NCBI GenBank assembly: GCA_036350795.1
Contig: JAZBNV010000028.1
Span: 5,235 to 69,234, forward strand
Source of the DNA: Marinilabiliaceae bacterium
GTDB lineage: Bacteria > Bacteroidota > Bacteroidia > Bacteroidales > VadinHA17
Length of the DNA stretch: 64,000 nt
Direction: 5' to 3'
Made by a program: the position numbers and the translations under genes. The stretch's first letter is position 1. Each line of letters begins with the position of its first letter. A model generated the notes under the pieces. The model ran no database searches, was not told the DNA's origin, and saw only the letters and a program-made list of their open reading frames with translations. Shown here in pieces: positions 39,145 through 49,976 of this stretch.

Positions 39145-40113
39145 ATGAGACTGTTTATTTGTGTTCTTATCGCTTTGGCAGCTTCAGCCGCTGCAGGTCA
39201 GGGGTCATTACAGCTAAAAGCTGTTAACAGTGCTATACATGCCGATAGTTCAATAATTATTTCATGGGCAAATACAATAAGGGTGCTGCCCGGATTTATG
39301 GATATCTCCGCCAGGGAATCAGGAAGGGTTGATATAAGCGACTCCTCCCTTGCCCTCGGACATGCAGACAACAGGACAATCAGCCTGGGCGATAGTGGAA
39401 TAGCTGTTGTCGGCTTCCCTCTTCCGCTGATGAATACCGCCGGACCAGATTTTGCGGTTTTTGAAAACTCATTTGATGGAAAATTCCTGGAACTCGCACA
39501 GGTTGAAGTATCTACCGATAGCTCCAGGTGGGTTAAGTTCTATTCAGTGTCATTAACAGATACCCTTTCGCAGCTTGGCACTTTTGGTACTATTGATACA
39601 GGTAATATTAAAAACCTTGCCGGTAAGTTCAGGTCTTTTTATGGCACCGGATTCGATCTTGAGGAGCTTAAAGACTCCAGCGGGATTGATATAATGAATA
39701 TAAATTATATAAGGCTCACAGATGTAATCGGAAGGATCGATCATCCATTTCCTGTAAGATCCTCTGATGGCAGGATAATTAATGATCCCTGGCCAACTCC
39801 CTTTGCGACTTCCGGTTTTGATCTCGACGCTGTTGCAGTTCTTGGCAGCGGAGTTTCAGTAGTAAATACCAGAGAAGCGGCTCAACTCAAAGTTTATCCA
39901 AACCCCTCTGCCGGTTTGGTACAGATTGAAGCTATAATACCCGGGATGGAGAATCTTAAGCTAATTGCTCCTGATGGCAGGTTAATCAGGCAATTTGATT
40001 TGAGAACTAGCGGGCTTACCATTGATATGCAGGATTTACCTTCCGGTCTTTACTACCTGGTACCCTCTGATAAGACCAATTCTGCCATAGCGGTAATACT
40101 AAATCGGCAGTGA
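39145..40113 (+). CDS. T9SS-secreted protein in the B12 locus
   Basis: Signal peptide; 'DFAVFEN' and 'NDPWPTPFATSGFDLDAV'; CTD 'VYPNPS...G.Y'. Confidence 0.72.
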   Translation: MRLFICVLIALAASAAAGQGSLQLKAVNSAIHADSSIIISWANTIRVLPGFMDISARESGRVDISDSSLALGHADNRTISLGDSGIAVVGFPLPLMNTAGPDFAVFENSFDGKFLELAQVEVSTDSSRWVKFYSVSLTDTLSQLGTFGTIDTGNIKNLAGKFRSFYGTGFDLEELKDSSGIDIMNINYIRLTDVIGRIDHPFPVRSSDGRIINDPWPTPFATSGFDLDAVAVLGSGVSVVNTREAAQLKVYPNPSAGLVQIEAIIPGMENLKLIAPDGRLIRQFDLRTSGLTIDMQDLPSGLYYLVPSDKTNSAIAVILNRQ

Positions 40114-42020
40114 TGAAATGGCAGCTTATAATATTGTTTTGCACTGGTCTTACTGTGAATCTTAGCGCTCAGCATCACCTGACCGACGATACGATTACTA
40201 TCAACGAGGTGCTTATTCGCTCAGATCTTCCCGATGGAAGTTCAGGATTCCGAAAAACCGAATTTACTGATGCTGAAATACGAAGTGTGCCCGGAATCAG
40301 CATTACAGATTTCCTTGCAGCCAACACTTCACTTTATATAAAAGATTACGGGGCGGGCGGATTGAAATCTGTTTCTTTCAGAGGAATGGGCCCCGGGCAT
40401 ACAACAGTTTTATGGGAAGGCTTACGTATCGATAACCCAATGCTGGGTCAGAGCGACCTGTCGCTCGTTCCGCTGATGTTTATAGATAATATATCTCTTT
40501 ATTATGGGGGTAACCCTGATATTTTTGGTAACAGGGGCAGCGGAGGAACAATTAATTTGTCATCCGACCCCGGGTGGGGATCAGATTCAAATGTTTCATT
40601 TTATTCCGGGCTCGGAAGTTATGGCTCGTTTAACGAAGGAATCTCGCTGAGCCTGAGGTCTCCGGCTTTTGTTTACAGCTTACGGGCATACGCCGGAGGA
40701 GCCAGGAATAATTATCTCTATACAGATAATGTTAATTACGCTGAACCCCTTGAGCTTAGAAGGGAGGGGGCCGACTACAGATCCAGGGGTTTATTGCAGG
40801 AGATATCTTTTAAAAGCAGGAGTTCGGTTCTTGCAGCCAAACTATGGTATAATTTTAATAACAAAAATCTGCCCGGGTCAATTTTTACCAGCTCAGATCC
40901 GGGTAATGAAAAGCAGCTTGACGAGTCGCTTAAAGCCCTTTTTACTTATAAGTATTATAGTAAGAGAATAACAGTTAAAACCGGCGCCGGCTTAATATCA
41001 GACTGGCTCAGCTATACAAACCATCTACTTGATATCGATTCGGGGAATAAGGTTAATACCCTGAGTGCAAACGCCAAAGCTGAATACACATATACCGACA
41101 AATCAACACTTACCCTGGGCCTCAGATCAATAAATTCCAGGGTCAGAACCTCCAACTATACAGGAATAAAGGGAAGAGACCTTGTTACAATGGACCTGTC
41201 TGTAAATCATATTTTCTCCGATCTGCTTGGCTTACATGCTTCCCTTGTACAGGAATTGAATGATTTTAAGCTCTTGCCTCTTTCTCCCTCGGTGGGCTTC
41301 GATTTTAAACCTGCCAGGAAGACAAACCTGCATCTTCTCGGAAGCATCGGAAGATCCAATCATCTGCCCGGTCTAAATGACCTGTACTGGAATCCCGGGG
41401 GAAATGTAAACCTTCTGCCCGAAGAATCTCTAAATAGCGAGCTTACGATAAGCTACGAATATACAAAGCATGGGTTCAGATGGGCGACAAATACCACGGC
41501 TTACAGCTCAGGTATAAATAATATGATAGTATGGATTCCGCTTAGCCAGTGGGTATGGGGTCCGGAGAATATTTCAGTGGTAAAATCCACAGGTTTTGAA
41601 GCAGATAGCAAAATAGAAATCACCAGCGGGCAGTCCGGCATATCTTTATCTGCAGGCTATGCATTTAACAGGGTAAGAAGAACTGACAGCAGCACTGATA
41701 GCGGAACAAATCTCCAGCTGATTTATGTACCTGAGCATACAGCATACGCAAACTTTTTATACCGGCTTAATGGCCTATGTCTTGTTTGGAACTCTGAATA
41801 TACAGGTATACGCTATACCAGCACTGACAATACAAGCTATTTACCCTCAAATTTAGTGCACAGGCTTTCAGTTAATTACAGGGGACAGCTGAAAAGATCT
41901 GACTTTGTAACTGCCTTTACGCTGGCAAACCTCTTTGATCAGGATTACCAGAGCGTGTCAGGTTACCCCCTGCCGGGAAGATCGTTCAGTCTTTCACTCA
42001 AATTAAATCTCCATCTCTGA
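40110..42020 (+). CDS. btuB: TonB-dependent cobalamin receptor
   Basis: Plug motif 'SFRGMGPGHT.VLW.G', 'NDLYW.PGGN..L.PE' and C-terminal 'YPLPGRSF'; riboswitch context. Confidence 0.85.
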   Translation: MMKWQLIILFCTGLTVNLSAQHHLTDDTITINEVLIRSDLPDGSSGFRKTEFTDAEIRSVPGISITDFLAANTSLYIKDYGAGGLKSVSFRGMGPGHTTVLWEGLRIDNPMLGQSDLSLVPLMFIDNISLYYGGNPDIFGNRGSGGTINLSSDPGWGSDSNVSFYSGLGSYGSFNEGISLSLRSPAFVYSLRAYAGGARNNYLYTDNVNYAEPLELRREGADYRSRGLLQEISFKSRSSVLAAKLWYNFNNKNLPGSIFTSSDPGNEKQLDESLKALFTYKYYSKRITVKTGAGLISDWLSYTNHLLDIDSGNKVNTLSANAKAEYTYTDKSTLTLGLRSINSRVRTSNYTGIKGRDLVTMDLSVNHIFSDLLGLHASLVQELNDFKLLPLSPSVGFDFKPARKTNLHLLGSIGRSNHLPGLNDLYWNPGGNVNLLPEESLNSELTISYEYTKHGFRWATNTTAYSSGINNMIVWIPLSQWVWGPENISVVKSTGFEADSKIEITSGQSGISLSAGYAFNRVRRTDSSTDSGTNLQLIYVPEHTAYANFLYRLNGLCLVWNSEYTGIRYTSTDNTSYLPSNLVHRLSVNYRGQLKRSDFVTAFTLANLFDQDYQSVSGYPLPGRSFSLSLKLNLHL

Positions 42021-43057
42021 TGTTTAAAAGGACGGCACTTAATATTATTATTGTTATTGTACTCTCAGCGACGACCGCGTGTACAAAGAATGTGCCTGAT
42101 CCGGATACAGGGCTGCCTGCCTTTGATAATGGATTCTTTATTGTGAACGAAGGTAATTATACCTGGGGTAACGGATCACTCGACTATTTCTCCTATGATT
42201 CGCTATATGTTTACCCGGGCGTATTCAATAAAATTGCCCGAAAAGTACTGGGTGATGTTGCCATGAGGCTAAGCAGGCATGAGAACCTGCTGTATATTGT
42301 AGTTAATAATTCAGGTAAGATTGAAGTTCTTGACCTGGAAAAAAAGGAACACCATGCAACAATTAATGGGCTGGTTTCACCACGGGATATCAAAATTATT
42401 AGCCACAACAGGGCAATAGTTTCATCGCTGTACAGCGATTCTCTTGCTCTTGTTGATCTTGACGCATCACTTGTGAGAGACTATATCAATATCGGAAAAT
42501 CGTCAGAGTGTATATTGCTGAATGATGAAAATATTTTTGTTTCTAACTGGTCAGAAGAAAACACCGTTACAGTACTGAGCAGATCAGATCTTACGCTTGT
42601 TAAGAGCATCGAAACAGCTCCCGAACCTTCTGAGATGGTTTCAGACAATAATGGCAGGGTCTGGGTTATTTGCAGCGGAGGATATTTAAACCAGGCCTAC
42701 CCGGAACTTGTTGCTATTGACCCGGTCACATTGGAGATATCAAAGAGATTAACCTTTGGTAAAAAGGAAGACAGCCCTTCTGAACTGGTAATAAATTCAG
42801 CAGGTGATACCTTATACTATGTAAACGGTGGCATATTCAGGATGTCATGCAATGCTGATGAACTGCCTGCCGATCCATGGCAGCCTGCAGATGGAAGAAC
42901 CTTCTACAGGCTTGGTTTCGAAGCTCAGATGAATGCAATAATTGCTACAGATGCCCTTGATTATGTTCAGAAAGGCTATTTTTACATTTATACCCGGGAT
43001 GGCAGGGAGCAAGGAAAGTACAGGGCAGGGATAATACCGGGAAAAATTGAAAATTGA
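42020..43057 (+). CDS. btuG: BtuG-like beta-propeller surface lipoprotein (YncE family)
   Basis: Lipobox TTAC; 'FIVNEGNY', 'LGDVA', 'YIVVNNSGKIEV', 'DALDYVQKG' and 'AGIIP'; adjacent to btuB. Confidence 0.82.
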   Translation: MFKRTALNIIIVIVLSATTACTKNVPDPDTGLPAFDNGFFIVNEGNYTWGNGSLDYFSYDSLYVYPGVFNKIARKVLGDVAMRLSRHENLLYIVVNNSGKIEVLDLEKKEHHATINGLVSPRDIKIISHNRAIVSSLYSDSLALVDLDASLVRDYINIGKSSECILLNDENIFVSNWSEENTVTVLSRSDLTLVKSIETAPEPSEMVSDNNGRVWVICSGGYLNQAYPELVAIDPVTLEISKRLTFGKKEDSPSELVINSAGDTLYYVNGGIFRMSCNADELPADPWQPADGRTFYRLGFEAQMNAIIATDALDYVQKGYFYIYTRDGREQGKYRAGIIPGKIEN

Positions 43058-45221
43058 TATGATAAGGTTAATTCTGCTATCCGCATTATATTTCTTTACA
43101 TCGGGGATACTCCATCCTCAGATAATCCACTTTAATGCCTCACCTCACGGCTTTGCAGGCAATCGTGATACAGTAAGCTGGTATGATCCGGGAGTTAGCG
43201 AAAGTGAAAAGGAAGCCATTTTAAGTTCCAAGGGTAGCAGGGGCACCCTCAGGTTTGGAGTTGGCAGAAGTGTTGGTCTGAACCGCCAAAATTCAGGATA
43301 TATCGTAAGCAATGAAAACGGGAGCTACTCCTGGTTCCTTTTTGTGAGATCGAAAGGAGCCGAATCGCTGAATATTATTTTTTCCACCTACCACCTTTCT
43401 GAAGGTGAAACAGTATTCATATATAATCCGATGCTCACAGAGATAATAGGGCCACTGTCATCAAAAAATAATAAAACATTCGGTTCTCTTGCCGTGAAGC
43501 CACTACAGGGAAGTGAAATGATTATCGAGTACAATTTTATTCCCGGAAGCGGTGGAGAGCTTGAAGTAGGCCAGCTTACACATGATGTGCTGGGCATTGC
43601 AGATCTGCCTTTTTTGAGGTCATTGGCAAAAGACGATTCCGGTCCATGCCAGGTAGATATAAACTGTGCAGAAGGAAATAATCTGCAGAAGGAGAAAAGA
43701 TCCGTGGTGAGAATTATTGCCGGAGGGACAGAGCTCGGAACGGCCTTTATGCTCAATAATACCAAAAATGAGAACATAGCCTATACTCTCACTGCAAATC
43801 ACGTTGTCAGTGAGCAGGCCGATGCAAATAATTCCGTATTTCTTTTCAACTATGAAAGTCCCTGGTGCGATGGTCCTGAAGGACTGAAAAACCAGACACT
43901 ATCGGGTGCAGAACTGGTTTCCACAAACAGCGATATTGATTTTACCCTGCTCAGGATGACTGATTTTCCTCCGATAACCTATAAACCTTATCTTGCAGGT
44001 TGGACTGTTTCTTCCACCTTTCCCCAGTCAACACAAACAATACATCACCCATCTGGTGATGTAAAGAAAATTTCCATTGATAATGACCCTCCCGGTATCG
44101 CAACATTCCAGGACCTTTACACCAACGGATTCTGGCATATACTGAGATGGGAAACAGGAGCCACAGAAGGAGGTTCATCAGGTGCTCCACTCTTCAACCA
44201 GGACAGGAGGGTTGTAGGTTATTTAAGCGGTGGCGAGTCATATTGCGGACGATCGGTGAACGATTATTTCGGAAGGCTTGATGTGGCATACGATATTACG
44301 CAGGAAGCCGGCAGCAGCCTGAAAGCATGGCTCGATCCAATTCTTACAGGTGCAGTATATGTTAACGGCCGGGATCCCTATTATGATAATTTCAAGGAAT
44401 CTGATACCTTATTCAACGGCAGCGCCGATGAGTTTTATATTCAGGAGTATAGCGATCCTGGCAGAGGCTTGTCTACCGGCATAAACAGTGACAGCCTTCT
44501 TGCCTATGCAGAAAAGTTTACTGTAAACGGCACTAAATATATTACGGAAGTAAGATTATTCGTTGCGAGATCCGAATATACAGAGCAGAGTAACACTGTG
44601 CAAATAGCTTTACGTGATGATAATAATGGTCCAGCCGCACTGATTGCAGCAAGAAATTTCCCGTTAAATCAATGCAGGGATACATTTATGCTATCGGTAG
44701 ATTTCGGCGAACCGATAGAAGTCAGCGATGATTTCTTCGTTTGCTATCTTAATACCTATAGCATGCCAGCTGCTGAAGAAACAAGACAATTTGCGGTTTT
44801 CAAAGGGCAGGATCAAACTGCAGGCTCAGGCTCTGCATGGTTTATGGATTACTCAGGCTGGCATCCTTTCACAGATCATCCTTTCGATGCCGGGGAAGCA
44901 ACACTTTTTATCGAAGCACTTACTGTTAATGATGCCCTGGTAGGTATAGATAAGAGCTACAGCCTGCCTGAGATTAGCGTAAGAGTATATCCTAATCCTG
45001 TAAACAGTGACTTTTGGATAGAAACAGCTGGTGGGCCGGAGCGAATATTATCTGTAGAATTATTTGATGCAGGTGGCCGGCTATTGAGAACCATTGATGG
45101 TGCCGGAAGAGCTAAGATCCTCCTGGAGGGAATGGATGAATATCCTGACGGAATATATTATACCAGGATTAATATTGATAAAGGGAGCATAACAAGGAAG
45201 ATAATCAAATGGGGAAACTGA
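43047..45221 (+). CDS. T9SS-secreted S1-family serine protease, lysyl-endopeptidase-like
   Basis: Triad motifs TANH, DFTLL and TEGGSSGAP; 'IHHPSGDVKKIS'; CTD 'VYPNPV...GIYY..KIIK'. Confidence 0.88.
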   Translation: MKIDMIRLILLSALYFFTSGILHPQIIHFNASPHGFAGNRDTVSWYDPGVSESEKEAILSSKGSRGTLRFGVGRSVGLNRQNSGYIVSNENGSYSWFLFVRSKGAESLNIIFSTYHLSEGETVFIYNPMLTEIIGPLSSKNNKTFGSLAVKPLQGSEMIIEYNFIPGSGGELEVGQLTHDVLGIADLPFLRSLAKDDSGPCQVDINCAEGNNLQKEKRSVVRIIAGGTELGTAFMLNNTKNENIAYTLTANHVVSEQADANNSVFLFNYESPWCDGPEGLKNQTLSGAELVSTNSDIDFTLLRMTDFPPITYKPYLAGWTVSSTFPQSTQTIHHPSGDVKKISIDNDPPGIATFQDLYTNGFWHILRWETGATEGGSSGAPLFNQDRRVVGYLSGGESYCGRSVNDYFGRLDVAYDITQEAGSSLKAWLDPILTGAVYVNGRDPYYDNFKESDTLFNGSADEFYIQEYSDPGRGLSTGINSDSLLAYAEKFTVNGTKYITEVRLFVARSEYTEQSNTVQIALRDDNNGPAALIAARNFPLNQCRDTFMLSVDFGEPIEVSDDFFVCYLNTYSMPAAEETRQFAVFKGQDQTAGSGSAWFMDYSGWHPFTDHPFDAGEATLFIEALTVNDALVGIDKSYSLPEISVRVYPNPVNSDFWIETAGGPERILSVELFDAGGRLLRTIDGAGRAKILLEGMDEYPDGIYYTRINIDKGSITRKIIKWGN

Positions 45222-46354
45222 TAAATTATATTTTACCGCTGCTATTATTACTTGTTTCCTGCCATGAGTCAGAGAGGAATCGCGGTGAAAATAACAGTTT
45301 CAGTCTGTCGGGGAATAAATATGCCAGGCTGTTTATGCTTAGCGATTCAGGTGATTATTACAGGCTGGATATCAGGTCACCATGGCAGGGTGGGGATGAG
45401 GTTATTTATACCTATTACCTTACAGAAGGGAAAAGCAGTCTTCCTGCTGATACAGACAGCAACAGGATTATCAGGATTCCGGTCACCACTTCCGTATGTA
45501 TGTCTACTACCCATGTTGCAATGATTTCAAAAGTTGGTGGCGCTGAAGGTATTGTAGGTGTTTCAGGTCCTGATTATATTACAAATCCCATAGTTCGATC
45601 CGGAATAGAAGCGGGTATAGTATATGACGTTGGCTACGGAAATAGCATTAATAATGAACTGATCAGCTCACTTAATCCTGACCTTGTCTTTGTATATGGA
45701 ATAGGCCCGGAGTCGGCAGGATATGTCTCAAAATTACATGAAGCCGGAATAAATACAATATTTATATGCGACTACCTCGAGACTCACCCCCTGGCCAGGG
45801 CCGAATGGCTGAAATTGTTTGGTTTAATATACGGGCGCAAAGAGATGGCTCTTACTGCTTTCAATTCAATCTCGGGGAGCTATGAAAAAATCAGGAATGA
45901 GATTGCCGCTAAAATTGATACCCGGCCGGGAGTAATGCTGGGTCTGCCTTTTAAGGATAAATGGTTTGTATCACCAGGTAACTCCTATATTAGCAGTTTA
46001 ATATCAGATGCAGGAGGCAGCTATATCTGGTCTGAAATTTCATCCAGTACATCAATGCCACTCAGTATTGAATCAGTTTACCTGAAAGGTCTGGAGGCTG
46101 ATTACTGGCTGAATACAGGTGTAGCAGAAAGTATGGCGGAATTACTTTCGGTCGACCACAGGTTCAGAAACCTGCCTGCAGTACAGGGAGATAAATTATA
46201 TAACAATACCGGAAGGATTAACTCATCCGGAGGAAACGACTACTGGGAAGGCGGTTGCCTGAGTCCCGATACCATACTTATGGATATTGCCTCAATACTG
46301 CATCCCGGTATTATAAAGAATCATAAGCTGAGTTATTATAAAAAGCTTAAATAG
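45209..46354 (+). CDS. btuF: Cobalamin ABC transporter substrate-binding lipoprotein
   Basis: Lipobox LVSC; 'DYLETHPLARAEWLK' and 'GGNDYWE'. Confidence 0.85.
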   Translation: MGKLINYILPLLLLLVSCHESERNRGENNSFSLSGNKYARLFMLSDSGDYYRLDIRSPWQGGDEVIYTYYLTEGKSSLPADTDSNRIIRIPVTTSVCMSTTHVAMISKVGGAEGIVGVSGPDYITNPIVRSGIEAGIVYDVGYGNSINNELISSLNPDLVFVYGIGPESAGYVSKLHEAGINTIFICDYLETHPLARAEWLKLFGLIYGRKEMALTAFNSISGSYEKIRNEIAAKIDTRPGVMLGLPFKDKWFVSPGNSYISSLISDAGGSYIWSEISSSTSMPLSIESVYLKGLEADYWLNTGVAESMAELLSVDHRFRNLPAVQGDKLYNNTGRINSSGGNDYWEGGCLSPDTILMDIASILHPGIIKNHKLSYYKKLK

Positions 46355-46357
46355 TCA

Positions 46358-47422
46358 GTGGAGCTCCCCTTAATAAATATAAAAAACAGCACTGATGCTG
46401 ACAGAATCCCGGTTTTAAAATGTGCCGGACTCTTTCTCCTGCTGCTGCTTGTATTTATTCTCGATGTAATGGTTGGATCAAGAATTATCACCTTCCCCGA
46501 ACTATTCCGTGCACTTGCAGGCAAGGGAGATGAATATATCAGCTCCCTGCTGCTTACTTTTCGTCTGCCAAGAGCCTTAACAGCCGTCTTCGCCGGGGTT
46601 GCTCTTTCAGTTAGTGGCTTACAGATGCAAACAGTTTTCAGAAATCCACTCGCCGGTCCCTATGTGCTTGGAATAAGCAGCGGCGCAAGCCTTGGAGTTG
46701 CTTTACTTATCCTGGGCTTTTCTTCGTTCTTTACAGTTGCAGGTTTAACTATAGGTGGCAACTGGGCTATTGTGGTAGCTGCATGGCTGGGTTCGGGCAT
46801 CGTACTCTTGTTAATACTGGTAGTATCAGGAAGGGTACGGGACATCATGACTGTTTTAATACTGGGGATAATGCTTGGCGGTGCTATTGCTGCCATTGTT
46901 TCAATTTTGCAGTATTTCAGCAGTGAATCAATGTTGAAAGCCTTTGTAATATGGACAATGGGTAGCCTCGGAAATCTTACATGGAACCAACTAAATGTAT
47001 TGATAATAAGTATAATAACAGGTTTGGTGTTTTCGCTTATTTCTATAAAGCCCCTTAATGCAATGTTGCTGGGAGAAGAATATGCACGCACAATGGGCCT
47101 TAATATCCAGGGAACCAGGACCCTTGTTTTTATAAGTACAAGTATACTTGCAGGCAGTGTTACAGCATTCTGCGGACCAATTGCTTTTATCGGGATAGCA
47201 GTACCTCATATCACGAGACTCTTGCTTAACAGGTCGTCTCATAATTTCCTCTTCCCGGGTTCTGTAATTGTGGGAGGTATTCTGCTGCTTCTAAGCGATA
47301 TTATAAGCCAGTTGCCCGGTAGCGATAAGGTATTGCCGATAAACTCGATAACCGCATTAATTGGGATACCTGTGATGATCTGGATTATTTTGCGCCGAAA
47401 CAGGCTAATAAGTATTAACTAG
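46358..47422 (+). CDS. btuC: Cobalamin ABC transporter permease
   Basis: FRLPRA, QTVFRNPLAGPYVLGISSGA and FCGPIAFIGIAVPH motifs. Confidence 0.9.
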   Translation: MELPLINIKNSTDADRIPVLKCAGLFLLLLLVFILDVMVGSRIITFPELFRALAGKGDEYISSLLLTFRLPRALTAVFAGVALSVSGLQMQTVFRNPLAGPYVLGISSGASLGVALLILGFSSFFTVAGLTIGGNWAIVVAAWLGSGIVLLLILVVSGRVRDIMTVLILGIMLGGAIAAIVSILQYFSSESMLKAFVIWTMGSLGNLTWNQLNVLIISIITGLVFSLISIKPLNAMLLGEEYARTMGLNIQGTRTLVFISTSILAGSVTAFCGPIAFIGIAVPHITRLLLNRSSHNFLFPGSVIVGGILLLLSDIISQLPGSDKVLPINSITALIGIPVMIWIILRRNRLISIN

Positions 47423-48451
47423 ATGAACGGCTTGTCTGAAATATTAAAGATCGAGAATCTTGAGCTGGGTTATATGGGCTCGGATTATGCTGAAGTGCTT
47501 GTATCCGGGATAAATGCCAGGGCAATTGAAGGTGAAATGATAGCCCTCCTTGGTGCCAATGGCACCGGAAAGAGTACCCTGCTCAGGACAATCCTGGGTA
47601 TTCACCCCTGCAGTAAAGGGAATGTTTTTCTCAGGAATAAAGCTGTAAGTGCATACCGGCCCTCTGAGCTATCACGTTTTATAGGTTTTGTTGGAACATC
47701 AAGCTCATTCCCGGGTAATCTTTCAGTTCGTGAACTTGTTTCGCTCGGGCGTTTTCCCTATACCAACTGGATAGGAAAGATGAAGAAATCAGATTACGAC
47801 GTGGTTAACAGATCAATAGAAAATGTTGGACTGGGCAGGCTGAGCGAAAAGAAACTTGATGAGATGTCTGATGGCGAACGGCAGCGGGCAAATATTGCAA
47901 GGGTACTTGCCCAGGATTCGGATATATTATTACTGGACGAGCCAACTGCCTTTCTTGATCTGCCAAACAGGTATGAGCTGATATACCTTCTTAAGAATAT
48001 TATCAGCATCGAAAAAAAAACAGTTATATACTCCACGCACGATCTTAATATAGCCATCGGCGAGTCAGATAAGATATGGCTGCTCAATCAGGGCCGCCTG
48101 TTTGATGGTGCTCCCGAAGACCTGATGCTGAACGGAAATTTTTCGAACCAGTTCACCAACACCAGGATTAAGTTTGATAATGCCAGCGGAAGCTACATTT
48201 ATCCAAAAGAATCAAAAATAAGAGTCAGTGTTTATGGAAGGGGAGAAGTGCTGGATCTTACCCGGAGAGCCCTTTCACGGATAAGTATAATTGCTGATAC
48301 AGAAGACCAGGGCGAAAGTGTATGTAAAATATTGGTCAGCGATGCAGATTCACAGCACAAATGGACCCTGGTTCATCAAAACACCGAACATATTTTTTTT
48401 AGTATATATGATCTTATATACTTCCTGAAGACCGGTCTTTTCAGTGCTTAG
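47423..48451 (+). CDS. btuD: Cobalamin ABC transporter ATPase
   Basis: GANGTGKST, MSDGERQR and LLDEPT motifs. Confidence 0.88.
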   Translation: MNGLSEILKIENLELGYMGSDYAEVLVSGINARAIEGEMIALLGANGTGKSTLLRTILGIHPCSKGNVFLRNKAVSAYRPSELSRFIGFVGTSSSFPGNLSVRELVSLGRFPYTNWIGKMKKSDYDVVNRSIENVGLGRLSEKKLDEMSDGERQRANIARVLAQDSDILLLDEPTAFLDLPNRYELIYLLKNIISIEKKTVIYSTHDLNIAIGESDKIWLLNQGRLFDGAPEDLMLNGNFSNQFTNTRIKFDNASGSYIYPKESKIRVSVYGRGEVLDLTRRALSRISIIADTEDQGESVCKILVSDADSQHKWTLVHQNTEHIFFSIYDLIYFLKTGLFSA

Positions 48452-49862
48452 TCTTTTTGTAGTTGGAAATAAAATCTTCAATCATTTCAACCGATATCTT
48501 TTTTGCGATAATATTCTTATCCCTGTCGAGGATATATATAAGAGGCGTGGCATTTACATTGTAGAAGAAATCATAATGAGTCGATCTCGTGGGGTCCCAG
48601 CCATTAATCCAGTTCAGCTCGTGCTCTGCAATATATTGTTCCCATTCTTCCTTACTCCCCTGCGTACAAACAGAAAATACCTCAAAGTCGTTAGCAGAAC
48701 GATTGTCATAAAGTTCTTTCAGCTTTGGGGTTGTGGTCTTGCAGTGACCACAGTTTGGTTCCCAGAAATACAGAATTGTATATTCATTCTTTACATCATA
48801 CAGCGACCTGGGAATACCCTCGTAGGTGTTCATAACAAGATTAACGGCCTTTTTGCCAATAAGATTAGGCCTTAGTCTCTCTGCATCTTCTTCAAGACTT
48901 TTATAGGTTTCGTCGCTTATCCAGTAGGCTTTCCCAGAAAGGTAGTAGTCGTCGATTATCTTAACCACAACTCCGTCATGACCCATAATCTGGCTCTCCC
49001 TGAACTGATTAAAAAGAAAAACTACCATATACCTGAACATAGTCGAATCTGCCTCGGTAAGTGAAACTATCTCAGGTATATGACGAATTAAGGTGTCCGG
49101 ATGCTGAATTAGAATCCTGGAAAAATATGTCTTTAATCTGCCATATAGAACGGGCGTTCTTATTAAGCGTGAATCTGACAGGTCTACATTGTCAAAAAAG
49201 TGTTTAACGTTATAGTTATACTGCATTATCCACCTTAGTGAGTCGGGATTGTGAGAATCAGGAGCTATGTTGAATTCGGCTTGTTCCATAGGGATAAGAG
49301 CCCTTACAAGCAAGGAAAGAAAGGAACCGGGCTTACTGTCGGCAGTTTCTTTAAGAAATTCAACCATGGTCTTTTCATAATCTGTAATCATCTCCTGCAG
49401 GATTGCCGTTGAATCCTGGCTGCTTTTGTTTTGCTCAAGACGGGTCTTAAGATTTCTTGAATGCTCCTGCATCCCGATCCATTTTCTCTGGTATTGTATA
49501 AAACTGGTATTTTCTTCACTGCCATCTACTTTCATGGTTCCAACAATATCATCTTTTGAGCAGCTGATACTGAAAAACTGGTCATCATCAATTATAATAT
49601 CAAAATACCTGTTATCGGGCAGCAAAATAATATACAGGCCCTGGTCCAGCATCTCCTCGCCTTCATATATTCCGTAGCCTTCAGAATCAGTTGTAATGGT
49701 ATCTTTAATATATTGTTTATCGCCCAGGTGGTAGCCAATGGTAAGTATACTGTCCTCATTACCCTCTATAGTGATTTCCAGTTTAAATCCCTGTGCTTTC
49801 ACCATCATTGCCGGAAGCAGGAATATTGCTATTATGCTGAAAAGGATCTTTGTAATTTTCAT
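48441..49862 (-). CDS. Exported TlpA/redoxin-domain thiol-disulfide oxidoreductase
   Basis: Signal peptide; C-terminal thioredoxin fold 'FWEPNCGHC' and 'YNVNATP'. Confidence 0.85.
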   Translation of the reverse strand: MKITKILFSIIAIFLLPAMMVKAQGFKLEITIEGNEDSILTIGYHLGDKQYIKDTITTDSEGYGIYEGEEMLDQGLYIILLPDNRYFDIIIDDDQFFSISCSKDDIVGTMKVDGSEENTSFIQYQRKWIGMQEHSRNLKTRLEQNKSSQDSTAILQEMITDYEKTMVEFLKETADSKPGSFLSLLVRALIPMEQAEFNIAPDSHNPDSLRWIMQYNYNVKHFFDNVDLSDSRLIRTPVLYGRLKTYFSRILIQHPDTLIRHIPEIVSLTEADSTMFRYMVVFLFNQFRESQIMGHDGVVVKIIDDYYLSGKAYWISDETYKSLEEDAERLRPNLIGKKAVNLVMNTYEGIPRSLYDVKNEYTILYFWEPNCGHCKTTTPKLKELYDNRSANDFEVFSVCTQGSKEEWEQYIAEHELNWINGWDPTRSTHYDFFYNVNATPLIYILDRDKNIIAKKISVEMIEDFISNYKKTKH

Positions 49863-49976
49863 TTATTGCTTATTTGAGATCAGATGCAAAAATATAGTTT
49901 ACAAATACATTGCCAAAATTGAAAAGGTGATTCACAGTATTTTATATCTTTACACTTTCAATGGACAGCTAAGGGT

